DNA of 64,000 nt from Phoronis australis. Lineage: Eukaryota > Animalia > Phoronida. The position numbers and the translations under genes are program-made. The stretch lies in the NCBI GenBank assembly GCA_002633005.1, contig NMRA01000986.1, positions 13,999 through 77,998 of the forward strand. Reading direction: 5' to 3'. Below are positions 11,909-24,189 of the stretch, piece after piece. Positions within the stretch are counted from its first letter, which is position 1, and each line of letters opens with the position of its first letter. The notes beneath the pieces are model-generated. The model did not search any database. It saw only the letters and a list, made by a program, of their open reading frames with translations, and was not told the origin of the DNA.

Positions 11909-14619
11909 AAAGTCTTATATGGAAATTTTAACGAGGTCCTAGGGTTACTGAATAGCTGGCTGGTCTATTCTGGCTTACCCGTATTCACTGAGAAGTGCTG
12001 CCATCTTCCACAACAAAAATAAAATTGAAAAACGTACTGGCCAGAGAAAATAGACAAAAAACGACGGCTAATGGTGCATGGAGAACATGTTGACCCAAAA
12101 TAGGATTAACCCCGCAAACGCGCACAAATTGACAAAAGATGACAAAAACGCGAGCTCATGATGAATGGGATTGATACCCGGACTGTGACGTGCAACGATG
12201 AAACTTGAAATAGAAGAGGGTCCACCATCTAACACAGATCGGTCTATGAAAAAATGCTTTATGATTTGAGGCACAACGCCTGTATAATTTTTGCTGAGAT
12301 AGGAATCGTTATTGACCTGCCGACTAGACTGCGCGGCTGACCAACGTACATGTACATGTAGGAGACCATTTCCGATGTGAAGTCAGCACATTTAGTAAAA
12401 GTTGCGAGAATTGCGAACTTTGAACCATTGTCCCACGAATTTGGAATCAGACCAAAGAAGTCAGGGCTTTCACTTGTTTGCTGAGACATTATCGCCTGCG
12501 TCACTGGCACGGGATCACAACACGACCCAGCCTTCTTCACTCAATGCTACTGCCCGTCTCGCATCCCGTCGTCCAACCAGACTTATTGATGCTCATCCAG
12601 TCGTGCCAATATGTCGTGGGACGGGCTGGTGGGTGGCTGCCTAATGCCCTCAGCGAGTGTGTTCTATTGAGATTTGTAGCGGCGAATGAGACAGCATTTG
12701 TGGAAGGAGAGACTGGATTTCAGCTTGGGTCTGTTGATGACGTAGTGGAGGGAAGGGGGGTAGGAGCAACCGTAGATTATATTCTGACAAAACTACGTTA
12801 TGCCATTGGTCTCCAATAGAATGTTTGCATTGACAGAGTACTGGTGAAGAGGTTATTTGATTAGAGAAGAGGATGGAGATCCCGTTCTATTTTGCTAATT
12901 CAGTAGTAAATACAGGTACATGTATTGTGGCAATAATACGTTCAATTTTGACGGTGGATGTGATGCCATTTTACAATGATGAAAAGATAGCCCGAGTTTG
13001 AAGTCAAATGGGTTGGTGCTGTTTATGAGGTAGCTTTAGTCGTATATTTGGGCTCTCACTTCGACATTATGTGCTATAAGTGACGAATCGTATGCTGTAT
13101 ACAGTCGTATACATCACATTAATCTATCTGCTTCTGATCAGGTCTGAATAAAAATTCAAACCTGTTTCGCCCAAATCAACCGAACCACTAAAAGCCACGG
13201 ACTCAGTAAATTTGTTTCACAAATTATCTCGCAAATTTTACTCACTAGCTGTAACGACTTTTACATGACTAAGGACTGATGGTTAATCCATATGCTGAGA
13301 AAAAAACAGGCAAAATCCTTCATCCCTGCACAAAATTTCTCGTGGGCTCCAGTTCCTTTTTCTCAATGCACTTGATAATGTGTCTTTCATTGGTTGAAAA
13401 ATAGTGGAAACATTAGGAAGAGTCAATCAGCAGGTACAATGAATCATTGTGATTGGTGCAATTTTTAAATAGAATGGCTTAAAATAATATTTTTTCAAAA
13501 TACCCACCATCGATTGGATATTAGCAATACAAGATTTGTGCTGATGAAAGTTCTGGTCGGCAGAAGTTTCCAATCTTTTTGACAGATCAAAATATTGCGG
13601 CGGACATTGAAACGACTTCCAGGTCGAATGGAAGGGAGAATAGAATTCTAAAACCATTCCGGAATCAAAATTGAACTGTTATCTCTCTGAGTACCCAGGT
13701 TTCATGTTGAGGATCTGTTTGGGCCCTTAGTGCCAAGCGTATATGTCACGTTTTGATCATTCATGGACATGAATACAAAACTGACTGATGGAGATTTATA
13801 AAGATAATTAACCTATGCCTACGTACCCGGATGTTAAAAGCTGGAGGTATGCGGAAACAAAGACACTTCTGGCCTTAGATTAGTGGTTTTGCTTATCGCC
13901 AATAGATGCCGCTGTAAACACTAGAAGCTTCAACGTGGGTATTACGCAGTCCAACTCTACCAGATTCTGGGCAGTTGTATTGACTTAAACAAATAATACG
14001 TTTATTGGCACTTTAAAAATTCTCTTCTATGACCGTTGAATTAAATCAGAAGTTTTATAAGCAATGTGGTATGATGTGAACTTTACTGTCACTGTTTATG
14101 TTGTATTCCGCGCGCTCTTTGGTCCTTCTTCCCATGCTGTCGGCAGCAAGTAAGTTCAAGAACGTTTTACCATCTCTAGAGAAGTATTTTACCTGTTAGG
14201 TCATACAAAGTGTTATAGGTTTTTTGTCGTTTCACACTAGGACAGATTTATTTTGCACTCCAACATGTTCACTTTGCAATAACAGTAACACTAAATCCTT
14301 GCGTTTATTACTTGCAATGTCTGGTCTTGGAAAAAACATTGTTAGTGAACATTGTTTAGCAAATACCTTGGAAGGTGGACTAGAACTGGTAATATTGTCA
14401 CCCATTGGTGTACATCTGTTGGGATGTGTGAAATGCCAATTTGAGCTGGTGCATGAAGCTATTTAAACAGTGCACTCCGTGTAGTTCTCGAATAATTTCT
14501 TGAGTGTTGTGTGTGTGTTGTCCCGAAAACTTGTTTGAGTTCCTGTAAATTATTAAATACCCCTTTATCCAATTCCTGATGTCATGACGATTACTGTTTT
14601 CTTGTCCAGTTGTTTACAG

Positions 14620-15175
14620 TTGTTGTTATTTTTGTTTTACAATGCTTGTTGACACTTGGCTTTGTTGTTGGGATTCTTGCTGATGTATTTATTGTTGTTA
14701 CTGTTGTTGTTGTTTTTGAGGTTCTTATTGATGTCTTCTTGTTGGTGTTGTCATGAGAGTGTGCGCGTGGGTATGTGTGCGTATGTTCAATAATTTGGTT
14801 ATTACTTGTGTTGAACAGATACCATGTCTTGTTACCGCTCAATAGTGTTGAAACATGTTCACCGGCTATGAGGATTACTGGTTATTACAAACTTTAGTGA
14901 TCAAACTCTAGGTTGTTGTCAATGATAGTGTTTCTGTTGTTGATGTTACTGTTGTCGCTGTCGATGTTGTTGAGTTTCTTGCTGATGTCTTGTTGTTGGT
15001 GTCGTCACGTGACTGTGCGTATGTGCCTGCATGCGCTTTTGTGTGAATATATTCAATTGTTTAATTAGTACTTGTGTTGTTACTATTAGTTGTTACCGCT
15101 CAATAGTGATGGCTTGTGTTCACGTGCTATGTGGGTTGGAAGTTACCTACTGTTAGAGATCAAACTTTAGGTATG
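14620..15175. repeat. Diverged ~260 bp tandem duplication with GTT-rich low complexity
   Basis: Shared blocks GATGTCTT..GTTGGTGT, TACTTGTGTTG, TTGTTACCGCTCAATAGTG and GATCAAACT(C/T)TAGGT occur twice in the same order. Confidence 0.75.
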
Positions 15176-18100
15176 TACACCTAGGTGTCCTATAGCATAA
15201 AGTGGTCTTGCCGCTGAAGAATATCACACTTCTCCAAACTTGTACCTGATGTAAGTGTCTTTGAATGTGTAGACTGGAAATTATCCTGCATACTTAGACT
15301 GGACATTATATTTCATACTTACTTATAAATGTACAACTTATCTCTGCAGCGCGATATCAGTCTCCTTCAAACTGTATTAAACAATGTTTCTCTTTCAAAA
15401 CAAAGTTCCGTTCTTAAAATTTCCTGTTTTGAGCTGTGACCTTGATTGCCATGGTTAGTTTAATGAAAAAAACAAAAACTATCAGTTCATTTCAAGTTCT
15501 GAAATAACATGCAGTATAATCAAAATCTATTGAGATCAGAAGAATACTCCCAAACTTTTTCGCGAGCGAGTTCAAATCCTGTAATGAGCGCGTGAATCTG
15601 CGATAATTGCAAACCAAGGTGAATGGCAACAGTTGAATGCGTGCGTTGCAATAAAAGCCAATCATGTCAACATACCATTATGACCAGCGCAAGGTTCTAT
15701 AAACTATGTGGTGAGCAAGAAATCATTAATTTATACAAAAATACCTGCAACTATGTCTCTCTTGTTACATTAATTTTGATAGAAACTCTAGTTTGGGCCT
15801 GTGACCGTGAATGTTAATGGAAATAGTTCAGGAGGAACAAGCCTCTGTGCTATTAAAGTTTTCCTGTAAGTTCATGTGGTCGTTCACTGACTGAACTGCA
15901 GTCAGAGGGTTTAAGAGTTATTCTGTGGATGCTGGTGTTCGTGGTCTAAACTTCCTCCCTATACATTACCTATCGCCAGTAACTAGTTAAATCTGCAATT
16001 CGCCGTGCATGGGTGGCTGAAAGAGGAAAACTCAGTTGTGTGACTTCAAGGTAATGGGACCGGGTATTCTATGTGACTGACGTAGTATGTAGCCCGACTC
16101 ACGGGGGAAAGTTCTCCCGACCTTCCACACGGCCCAACAGGCTTTTATTTTGGCCTGATCTAATATTGGCGAACAGAACGTCAAGTGTTATTGAATAATA
16201 AATTAAATCACATGTGCATTTAGGGCTACACAGTTTCAAATGATTAACATGAGGCAATTGACGCGCAGTCCCTTGCACTGCAGTATCAAAAATGGTCACA
16301 AACACAGATATGACACCTTTTCATTTGAAACGGACTTTTCTCAAATAAATGAGGTTGGAAAATAGTAAATTAGATAATATATAAGGTCTTGACCAGAGAA
16401 TATAACAATGCAATTATCGGTGCATATATATCTTATATACAGAATCGATATTGCTCCTATACATACATTTGCACACCATACACAGCCCACACACCATTTA
16501 CAAACCTACATGGCACATATCACTTATATTAGTCGCATAACACCTTTAAAATCACTTTTTGCATCAACGGATGCGACACCAAATGTTGCTATATACATGT
16601 ACATCGTCTGTGTCAACAGGCCGATTGACACAGCTTTTCTAAAACTGCAATTTCCTAGGCTGTACTTTCTCACGTTTTACTCTCTGTAATGTCCAGCATG
16701 ACTTCTTGGCGCTCGCGCTTCCCCCTGCAATAAATGGCCAGTTCAATAGCAGTCTGAACTGGTAGAAAAATGCCGTTTATTAGTATAGTACTCAATTTAA
16801 GTTTCATTTCACTTAGACAAACATGTACACAATTTAAACTGATATTTACACGAGTCTGGTGATTCCGACCTAAAATGCCCCTGCCAATATGACGTCTAGT
16901 TAAACATTCATTTGACGGAGAAATAACCTGCATTCGATCTTAACCGGTCAAATCTTGGTAAAAATTGTGGATTTCGTGATTTTCTGAGGCGTTTCGAATC
17001 ACTTGACGGGTCAGGAATACTTTAAAACAGTTTGTTTGGGCTATGTGACCTAGCTTTGGTTTCATTTTCTTACTTTGTTTTTTTATGATCAGATATTCCA
17101 TATTCAAAGACTGGCTTCATTACACAAACTCTATTCTAAATTTTTAGATTCCATGGATTGTTGCTTGACCTCAAATGTCTTTTCAACTACAGGCAATCAT
17201 TTTGAACAATACTCCAGTGATGATTTTCTAAAATACCCATTCCTTTGACGATTGTATTACCTTGGCCTGCCACTAGGTGGCTCTAAGCGTCACCAGTTTG
17301 CCTGGCAATATATAGGCTGACTGTCCGTGGTGACCTGTTTGCCTCTAAAGCTGACACCTACAAATAACACGAAGAGGAATTGATGCCGATAATTTCTAAT
17401 AATTGACTTGATTTCGATTAACGATTTATGATACCACTGTACATTGCAAAGGTGTTGCGGTTCACATTGCAGTAGCTTACGAGCACCTTGGAACCTTCGT
17501 CTTTGTTCGGTTCACATACTGTTAATAAAACCTACTTGTAAGATCAGACAGCTGAGTTGTTATTCCAAAAACCCAAAAATCATTGCCAACCAACGCACAG
17601 CTCTGTGTTGCCCTTGTCATTACTGAAAAAACAACTTGAAACTAAACGTTTACCTTCGTTACTGAGGATCAAAACTTTATATAGCCTCATTAATATTAAT
17701 TGCACACCCATGTATTTTTATTTTTTAAAAATCCATGATCCTCAAAAAATCTTATCACTAGAACAAAATAACAACGTACTTTTTGTTTAAATATTTTCTT
17801 TTCACAGACTTCGCCGTAATGCTCAAACATGGTGGTTGGTCAAATGTATTGGGGTCAGAATTCATTCAAAAAGACGCTAGTCTATTTTGGCAGTTCTGAG
17901 GGTAAAACACTTGTAAGACGACTGCAGAGACGCATATTTGTAGTAGTAGAATAAAGGATACTGAAGAGAATGTACATGTAATTTGAGTGAAAGTTAACAA
18001 AAATAAACGATACACACACAGTAAGCTAACGACCATAATAACATGGCAAAATTTGGTTTGATACAAATATTCAAGTTAGAATCTCAGAAAAACCACTCCA

Positions 18101-20875
18101 GTTTTCTGAATAATTATTTTGTTTTCGTACAATTTTACATGTTTTCATAAAAACAATAAAACTATTTTAATAGACTTCCATGCAAAAAGGCTAGAACATG
18201 GCGCGCTAAAACTAGGAACGCTTCATATCAATTCAGTCTGAAATTTCTGAAACCCGATGTTCCTAAATTTGCCACATTTGGACACTTTTCTGGCCTTCAA
18301 CATCATCTGGTATGCTTATTTACCACGGGAATGAGCTCTGCAATTTCAAGCATTGCGGCTATTCATTATGTAAAACCGAAGGTGTTCCTTGAAAAAACAG
18401 ATCTGAATTTTTGACAGTTTTCAGTGTAAAGGCACTTGAAAAAATCCCAGACGCGGTGTCGTAGGTGGTATAATAATTAAAAAAGAATTTACAAATTTTA
18501 TACTAAGCAAATCATGTTTGTGGAATTTACAGCGAACAATGTCAAAATTCGTTTTTGAGAAAAACAACGCTGGCATGGTTTTTGTGCACATAATAGACTC
18601 TGAGAATCATTGATTTTCAAAATATGACATTCATTGGGTCTAATATCAATACTTCAAAGTTTTATTTGATAACTCCGATCTTTTCAAACGCTTTCTCACC
18701 GCAACGGTCTGTTGGATGAGCTATGAGTCGACCAGCCTCTGTTCGCTGACTGCAGACTGGCGCGTAGTATGGCGTACCTGTAGGAACATAATTCAATTAC
18801 AACGTGTGTTTATTCAACATTTGAATGAGCAAAACGTGGTTTAATGAATGTAACAAGTAAAAAAATTGTGCTTGTCAAGTGACACGTTCTAAATGTGTTG
18901 ATTTGGTATGATTTATCTGTACTATAAAGGCAGCGAAAGTATACTTTAACTCTGTGAAAGTACACACTTTCTGGAAAATGCCAGACGTAATACCAATCTG
19001 CCATCAGAAGGGTCACGTGAGTCGTGTAACTGAAATTTTGCAAAAAAGAAAGGTGCACCTATAAAAACTAACGGCTTCAATAACAAGACTCGGTTCAGTT
19101 AGGTAAATAGGTAAGATGAAATTCCCAATAAGCCGTTACAGTTTCCTGAATTCTCATTTTCCTTTCCGTTGTCTTACAACCTTTCATTTTATCATAAAAA
19201 TAACAAAACCAATATTTTGATAGCCCTGTATGCAAACAGGAACAATTCCTAAACGATTTTTGGGAGTAGTGCTTAAAGTACGGTATGTGGAATTTTCGTA
19301 TGAACCCAATGAGCCGTATTTGAAAAACGATATTCCAAGATTTACCATATTTGTACATTGATCTAGAGTCCCAGACAAACTTACTGCACCGGGAAATTCG
19401 CGCCTGTGTTAGGCATATGACGTTGTTTGCCACTGCCGATCCATATTGATGTCGCAACCTTCTCATTATACCGTGTAGTTTGTCATGATCCCTGGCTGTG
19501 GTTAAGCCCTGCTCTTGTAGCTTCGCGATAATAATCTCGAACTTGTGTAGCAATATCGTGGGCTGTCGTCTGTCCGTCATCTTTCAATTGCTCGAATCAC
19601 CTGTAAAAACAATAAAAAGAAATTTCTATAGATTATTAACCTGTAACGACTCAGTTGTAGAGTAGATTGTCAGCATATAGGCATTGGGCTGGAGAGTACA
19701 ATTGCATGTCGATTGTAAACCTGTAACTATCAGTTCGGATAATGCGTTTACAGGGGTCATATGCCTATAACCATTTAGTATGATAGTACATGTAAAATTA
19801 TAAGCTTCTAACAAATGAGTTGAAGAGTACATATAATCGATTGTGCTTTACACCGCCCCATCGGTCACCGTTTGCCAGGCCCTGCATCCGTTTCGCGTTT
19901 TGCTATTCGGTTTTCTCAAAATCATGAAGTAGCGATTAAACATCCGAACAATAGTGCCTGTATGAGAACCACCTTGATGCTCGTAATTTAGGGGCGAAAA
20001 CTGGCTCTCAATGTGCTCGGGCGGCAATATTTGTTTAGTGGGACAGTGAATCGCAACATATGCGTTTCTGTTTCCTGCCGTGATTAAGCCTCATCGTGTC
20101 ACGTGATGTGCGTCCGTCCAGGCATCTACAATTAGTAACTTATAGTGAATGTCTCCTTGTTCCCTGGCGATAGGTCGTCATTAGTTGTATGCAGTGATCT
20201 CAGCCAAGCAAATGTTTCTCCTAACTAGATAAAAATATTCTCAGAGAAAGAGTCGGCACTAACAACGTTAGCGACAGTCCCGCTTTTTGAAAAGAGTAAC
20301 ACTTGAGGCATCGATGATATGTTCCGCTCACGGAGATGGGACACCAAATGCGCACCGCGTTTTCATTATAAAGTTACACATGTCCGCCAGCTTGTTTGCC
20401 CCATTTACCCTATATACCACGATCAACTATAAAAACGCCGTGCATATGGTGTTTCTTTGTGTTAATTCGGAGGACACTTGCGGTTAATACGATACTCACA
20501 GAGGCTGGGTAATGACGTTATTGTTAATCCCCTTGTTGTATTGTGATTGGTTTAGCAACTGGACTGTAAGTCACATGACCTTTCAAACACTCACCTTCAG
20601 CCTACCCCAGACTCTAGTTCGGAATGTGACTAGGGAATGCGGAGTGCACTGAACACTTAGAGTTGAGTCAACTAACGACTCGTGTGTGCATCATGTTTGC
20701 ATACCGGTCATTCCACATTCGGCCACTTAAAATATGTAACTCTACTTTGTTTTTAACATTTTACACATCGGTAAGCTCCAAAATATTGTTGCATTGAAAG
20801 GGGCATGTGTCGTCAATGCTTCTCATTTGGGAGCCAGTTCCCTTAAAGAAATACATGTTTATTCTGTGGAAACAA

Positions 20876-23800
20876 TAGTCGGTGGGCCAGATCTCATAGC
20901 GTTCATCCTTGTGAGTACTTTGGGGGGGGCAACCTAGTTTTTTCTATGTGGCTAGATAATATACCTATAAATCAAATTCCAAAAAGTTCCCACGTCTACA
21001 CTTGCACATTTTTTTTTAAAAAAGGTGTTTTTGTTACACAAAATATGATGCACATTCCTGCCACTTGATGGCGCTTTTCTATTAAATTGACCAATCAGAG
21101 AGCCAGATTGTATTGTTGTGCTTAGTTACTTCAATATGGCTGCTCCCATGGAGTGTGATGCCTGTATATTTCAAGGTTTATCAAACAGCACAAAATTGTG
21201 ATGTCAGAGCCTAAAGAAGCTTAGGAAAGCTTCCTGACGAAAGCTGATTGACTGTGGAACTCTGTAGATCAGTAGATCAAAAAGAAGAAGAGGTGTCACA
21301 AACGTTTGTGCAGAAAACAGCTGCATGTCCTGGTAGCCTACACAGTATACTGCTGAGTGCTGTAGACTAGAAGAGCAAGTGTCAGACCAAAAAATTGAAA
21401 GGACATAGAACGGCATAGCAACGTTTCAAGGCACCAACAGTAGTACTAAAGCTGAAGTTGCTGAAAGTGATACAGATGTTATCCAAGATTTCCCAAGAAA
21501 ATCAATTACTTCCAAAATCTGAAACACCCAATTAACCTGAACAAGATAGGAACATTCTGAAACATGAGTGCATCATTTGTTAGCAGGAAAAGTACATTAT
21601 GGGCCACATTTCAAGAAAGAGAAAGAAGTATAGCTTTCAAAAACAGGTACGTGTTTTTTAAAAATACATCTTGGTGTTTTCCATGTGTGTTTCAGTATTA
21701 TCACCAGTTGTTTTTTAACTTGTTCAGCCCCTTGGCTGCCTAGGCCTTAGACAATACTGCTGACCCAGTATAGACGATGATCATACCATAGGTACTTCAT
21801 ATGCCGGATACTTTTTGGCAAATTATGTTCCTATAAGTTTAGAAGTACCGCGTAGAGAGATGTCTCTGAGGAGGTCGTTAATGTTTTCATTTGTTCCCAT
21901 TTTAAACAAATACTCCTGCAATCCTGTTTTTCGAACACTCCAATCAGTTGCCACATCGACACTGCTTGTGCTAAGGGATAATCCTATGGCGTTATACTGT
22001 GGGTGTGATTTTAAAGCACTTTAAGTCAAAAATTTTTGAGAAGGTTTAATGGAGTAGATGGTTGCAAACAACATGCCCAAGTGGCCGTCATCCCCTGCCG
22101 TAGTCTCAATGTTTTGTAAACATTAATTACGTAGGTAACTGCAATGATAATTAAATTAATGTGCCTAAGTGGCCATCGTCGCCGTCGAAATTTGAGGACG
22201 ATGGAAGCCACTGTCCATTTCGTCAAACGTCGATTACCTGAAGTGTAAATCGATTGACTATGGTTCGAGCATCTGATTTAAAAAAATTAAATTTCAATCA
22301 CTGCACAGGTATATCAGCTGATTTATTTTCAGTTGCATCTACTGATCTAATTACTAGACGATCAACATTATTAGGCTACAGATCAGACGGCATGTAAATT
22401 TGTTAGGCTGGTGGTGGATCAGTTCCTGATAAGTTCGTCTGAAAAAGTTGCATGCCAACTCACTCATAGTTGAATGTTAAATTAGTGTTAACACTTCGGG
22501 TTTTTTTTAGTTGGACTTGTATCGCAAGCAACAGCTCAGTCCAGAGCCCTGAATATGCAAAGACCTTGTGTCTTAGAAGCCAAGTACCACAGATCATCAT
22601 GCTATAAAAAATAGAAAGACAAAGATTGTGAAGAGTGACGAATTCAGTTTTCAGAGATGTTTTTCTGCAGTTTTGTTTGGGGTTCAATGAATCGAAGCTT
22701 CTAACACAAGGAGATGTCATTTGCCTATCAAAACGAAAGCAAGATTTTGAAGCTGTTCTTCAAAAAGCTGGTGTGCATGAAGTTATTTGGACAGGCAATC
22801 TTAAGAAATATTGTTGAAGCTACTCACTGTTGTAGTTTGTGCCCGACTAAGAGATACGAAAGTGAATTTAGGCTAGTGTTCAGTAATTCACTTGCTGACT
22901 CTAATTAACACAGCCCATTATAACATATTTTGAATCAAGCATTTGCCCAAATAGTGCCCGCTTCCAAACAAGGACTTAGTGTTTGACCCTTCGTTGCCTG
23001 CGGGCTAATCACCAGTGTGCAGTGCTGTACCTTCTCTAATCGACCATAGTTGGCTCCTTGGTGGTGGAGCTTTGCAGTTAATATGTATGGCAATGACCGC
23101 ATCTCCATTGACAGTACTAAACGATGAACGCTGCAAGTGCAAAAAGAACAGGTGTGCTGGGAAACTGAGTTTGTGCTGCAATGCTGGGTCAAACTTTACA
23201 GAAATGTGCAGCTGTGACAACTGTAGTAAGTTCAGCAACACTGACTGCATAACATTGTATAGTTCTTTGACAAGTCAACCCTAAGTAGACCTCCAACCCC
23301 GTTATTTCCTTTTTTGTATTAAAAAGTTAATTTTATTTGTTGATTAAGTCATAGAAAGTACATACTTTGATCATTGTCATGTGTTTGTCTCATACTGCTT
23401 GATAAACGCTGTCAGAATAATCTATTATTTTCATACAGTCTTTGTGCACATTCACAGAGATCATTCAGCTATATTGTTTTTGTACTATAACGTATTTCTG
23501 GTGTATTATGCAAACAAGCTGTATTTTACACCATTAGTCAATAATTTAGTCATTGAGGCACAAGTTTTGCCCAGTCTCAAGTGTTTTGTGTTATTTTTGT
23601 TGCCTGACAATGCCAGAATAACTTCCTAGCAACATTCAGACTTAATTTGCATTTTTGCCACTAGGTGTCTCTTTAGTTTTTTAAATTTCACTGTTTACAA
23701 TTAATTTACAATAGTAAAACATGTAATGTGAGTGTAATATTGTTCAATACAATGGCACTGATGGGACCATACTACTTGTTTTACAAAAAATCAACAAAAC

Positions 23801-24019
23801 TGTTGTTTTTACAAATATGAGTTTACTAAGCTCTTTGGTGATTATTAGGTGACTTCAAACTCAAATTTCTCAAAAATGTGCAACTTTACATGTGGGAAAT
23901 TTTTAGATTTTGAAAACACTCTAATAAATGAATTAAAAAACACCAAAATAAAATTGACCCCCTAAAGTACTCACAAAAACCATTTTCTAGAGGCCCTACA
24001 AAATCTGGCCCACCGACTA
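20876..24019 (+). mobile_element. Academ-type DNA transposon, internally deleted/degenerate, both ends and TSD intact
   Basis: TIR TAGTCGGTGGGCCAGAT ... ATCTGGCCCACCGACTA plus matching subterminal blocks (GTGAGTACTTT.GGGG, TTCCCAC.T.TA...TTGCACATTTT); 3 bp TSD CAA at 20873-20875 and 24020-24022. 23015-23284 encodes the Academ C-terminus PSLIDHSW..GGALQL..M...P..VL...CKCKK..C....C.NAG..FTEMCSCDNC (CXC domain). Confidence 0.85.
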
Positions 24020-24189
24020 CAAAGACTGTTTTTATCATGTGATATCTTGTGCCGCTCTTTAGATCATCAATCGTCTCAGTATCCGAGTAACCAGCACTAG
24101 GTTAGGCACCTACCTGCTCTCACTTTTCTATAGAACTTTCAAGAAGTAATATTATATATGACCTACTGTCCTTCATTCCACTTTTAGTT

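Noticed and set aside
14591-14842. Thr-rich ORF as a mucin
   Set aside because: It is the reverse complement of a GTT-rich low-complexity repeat.
19095-19580. 161 aa minus-strand ORF as a single-exon gene
   Set aside because: No recognisable domain. A good acceptor at 19601 suggests at most a short exon, and all three frames have an early stop, so the frame is ambiguous.
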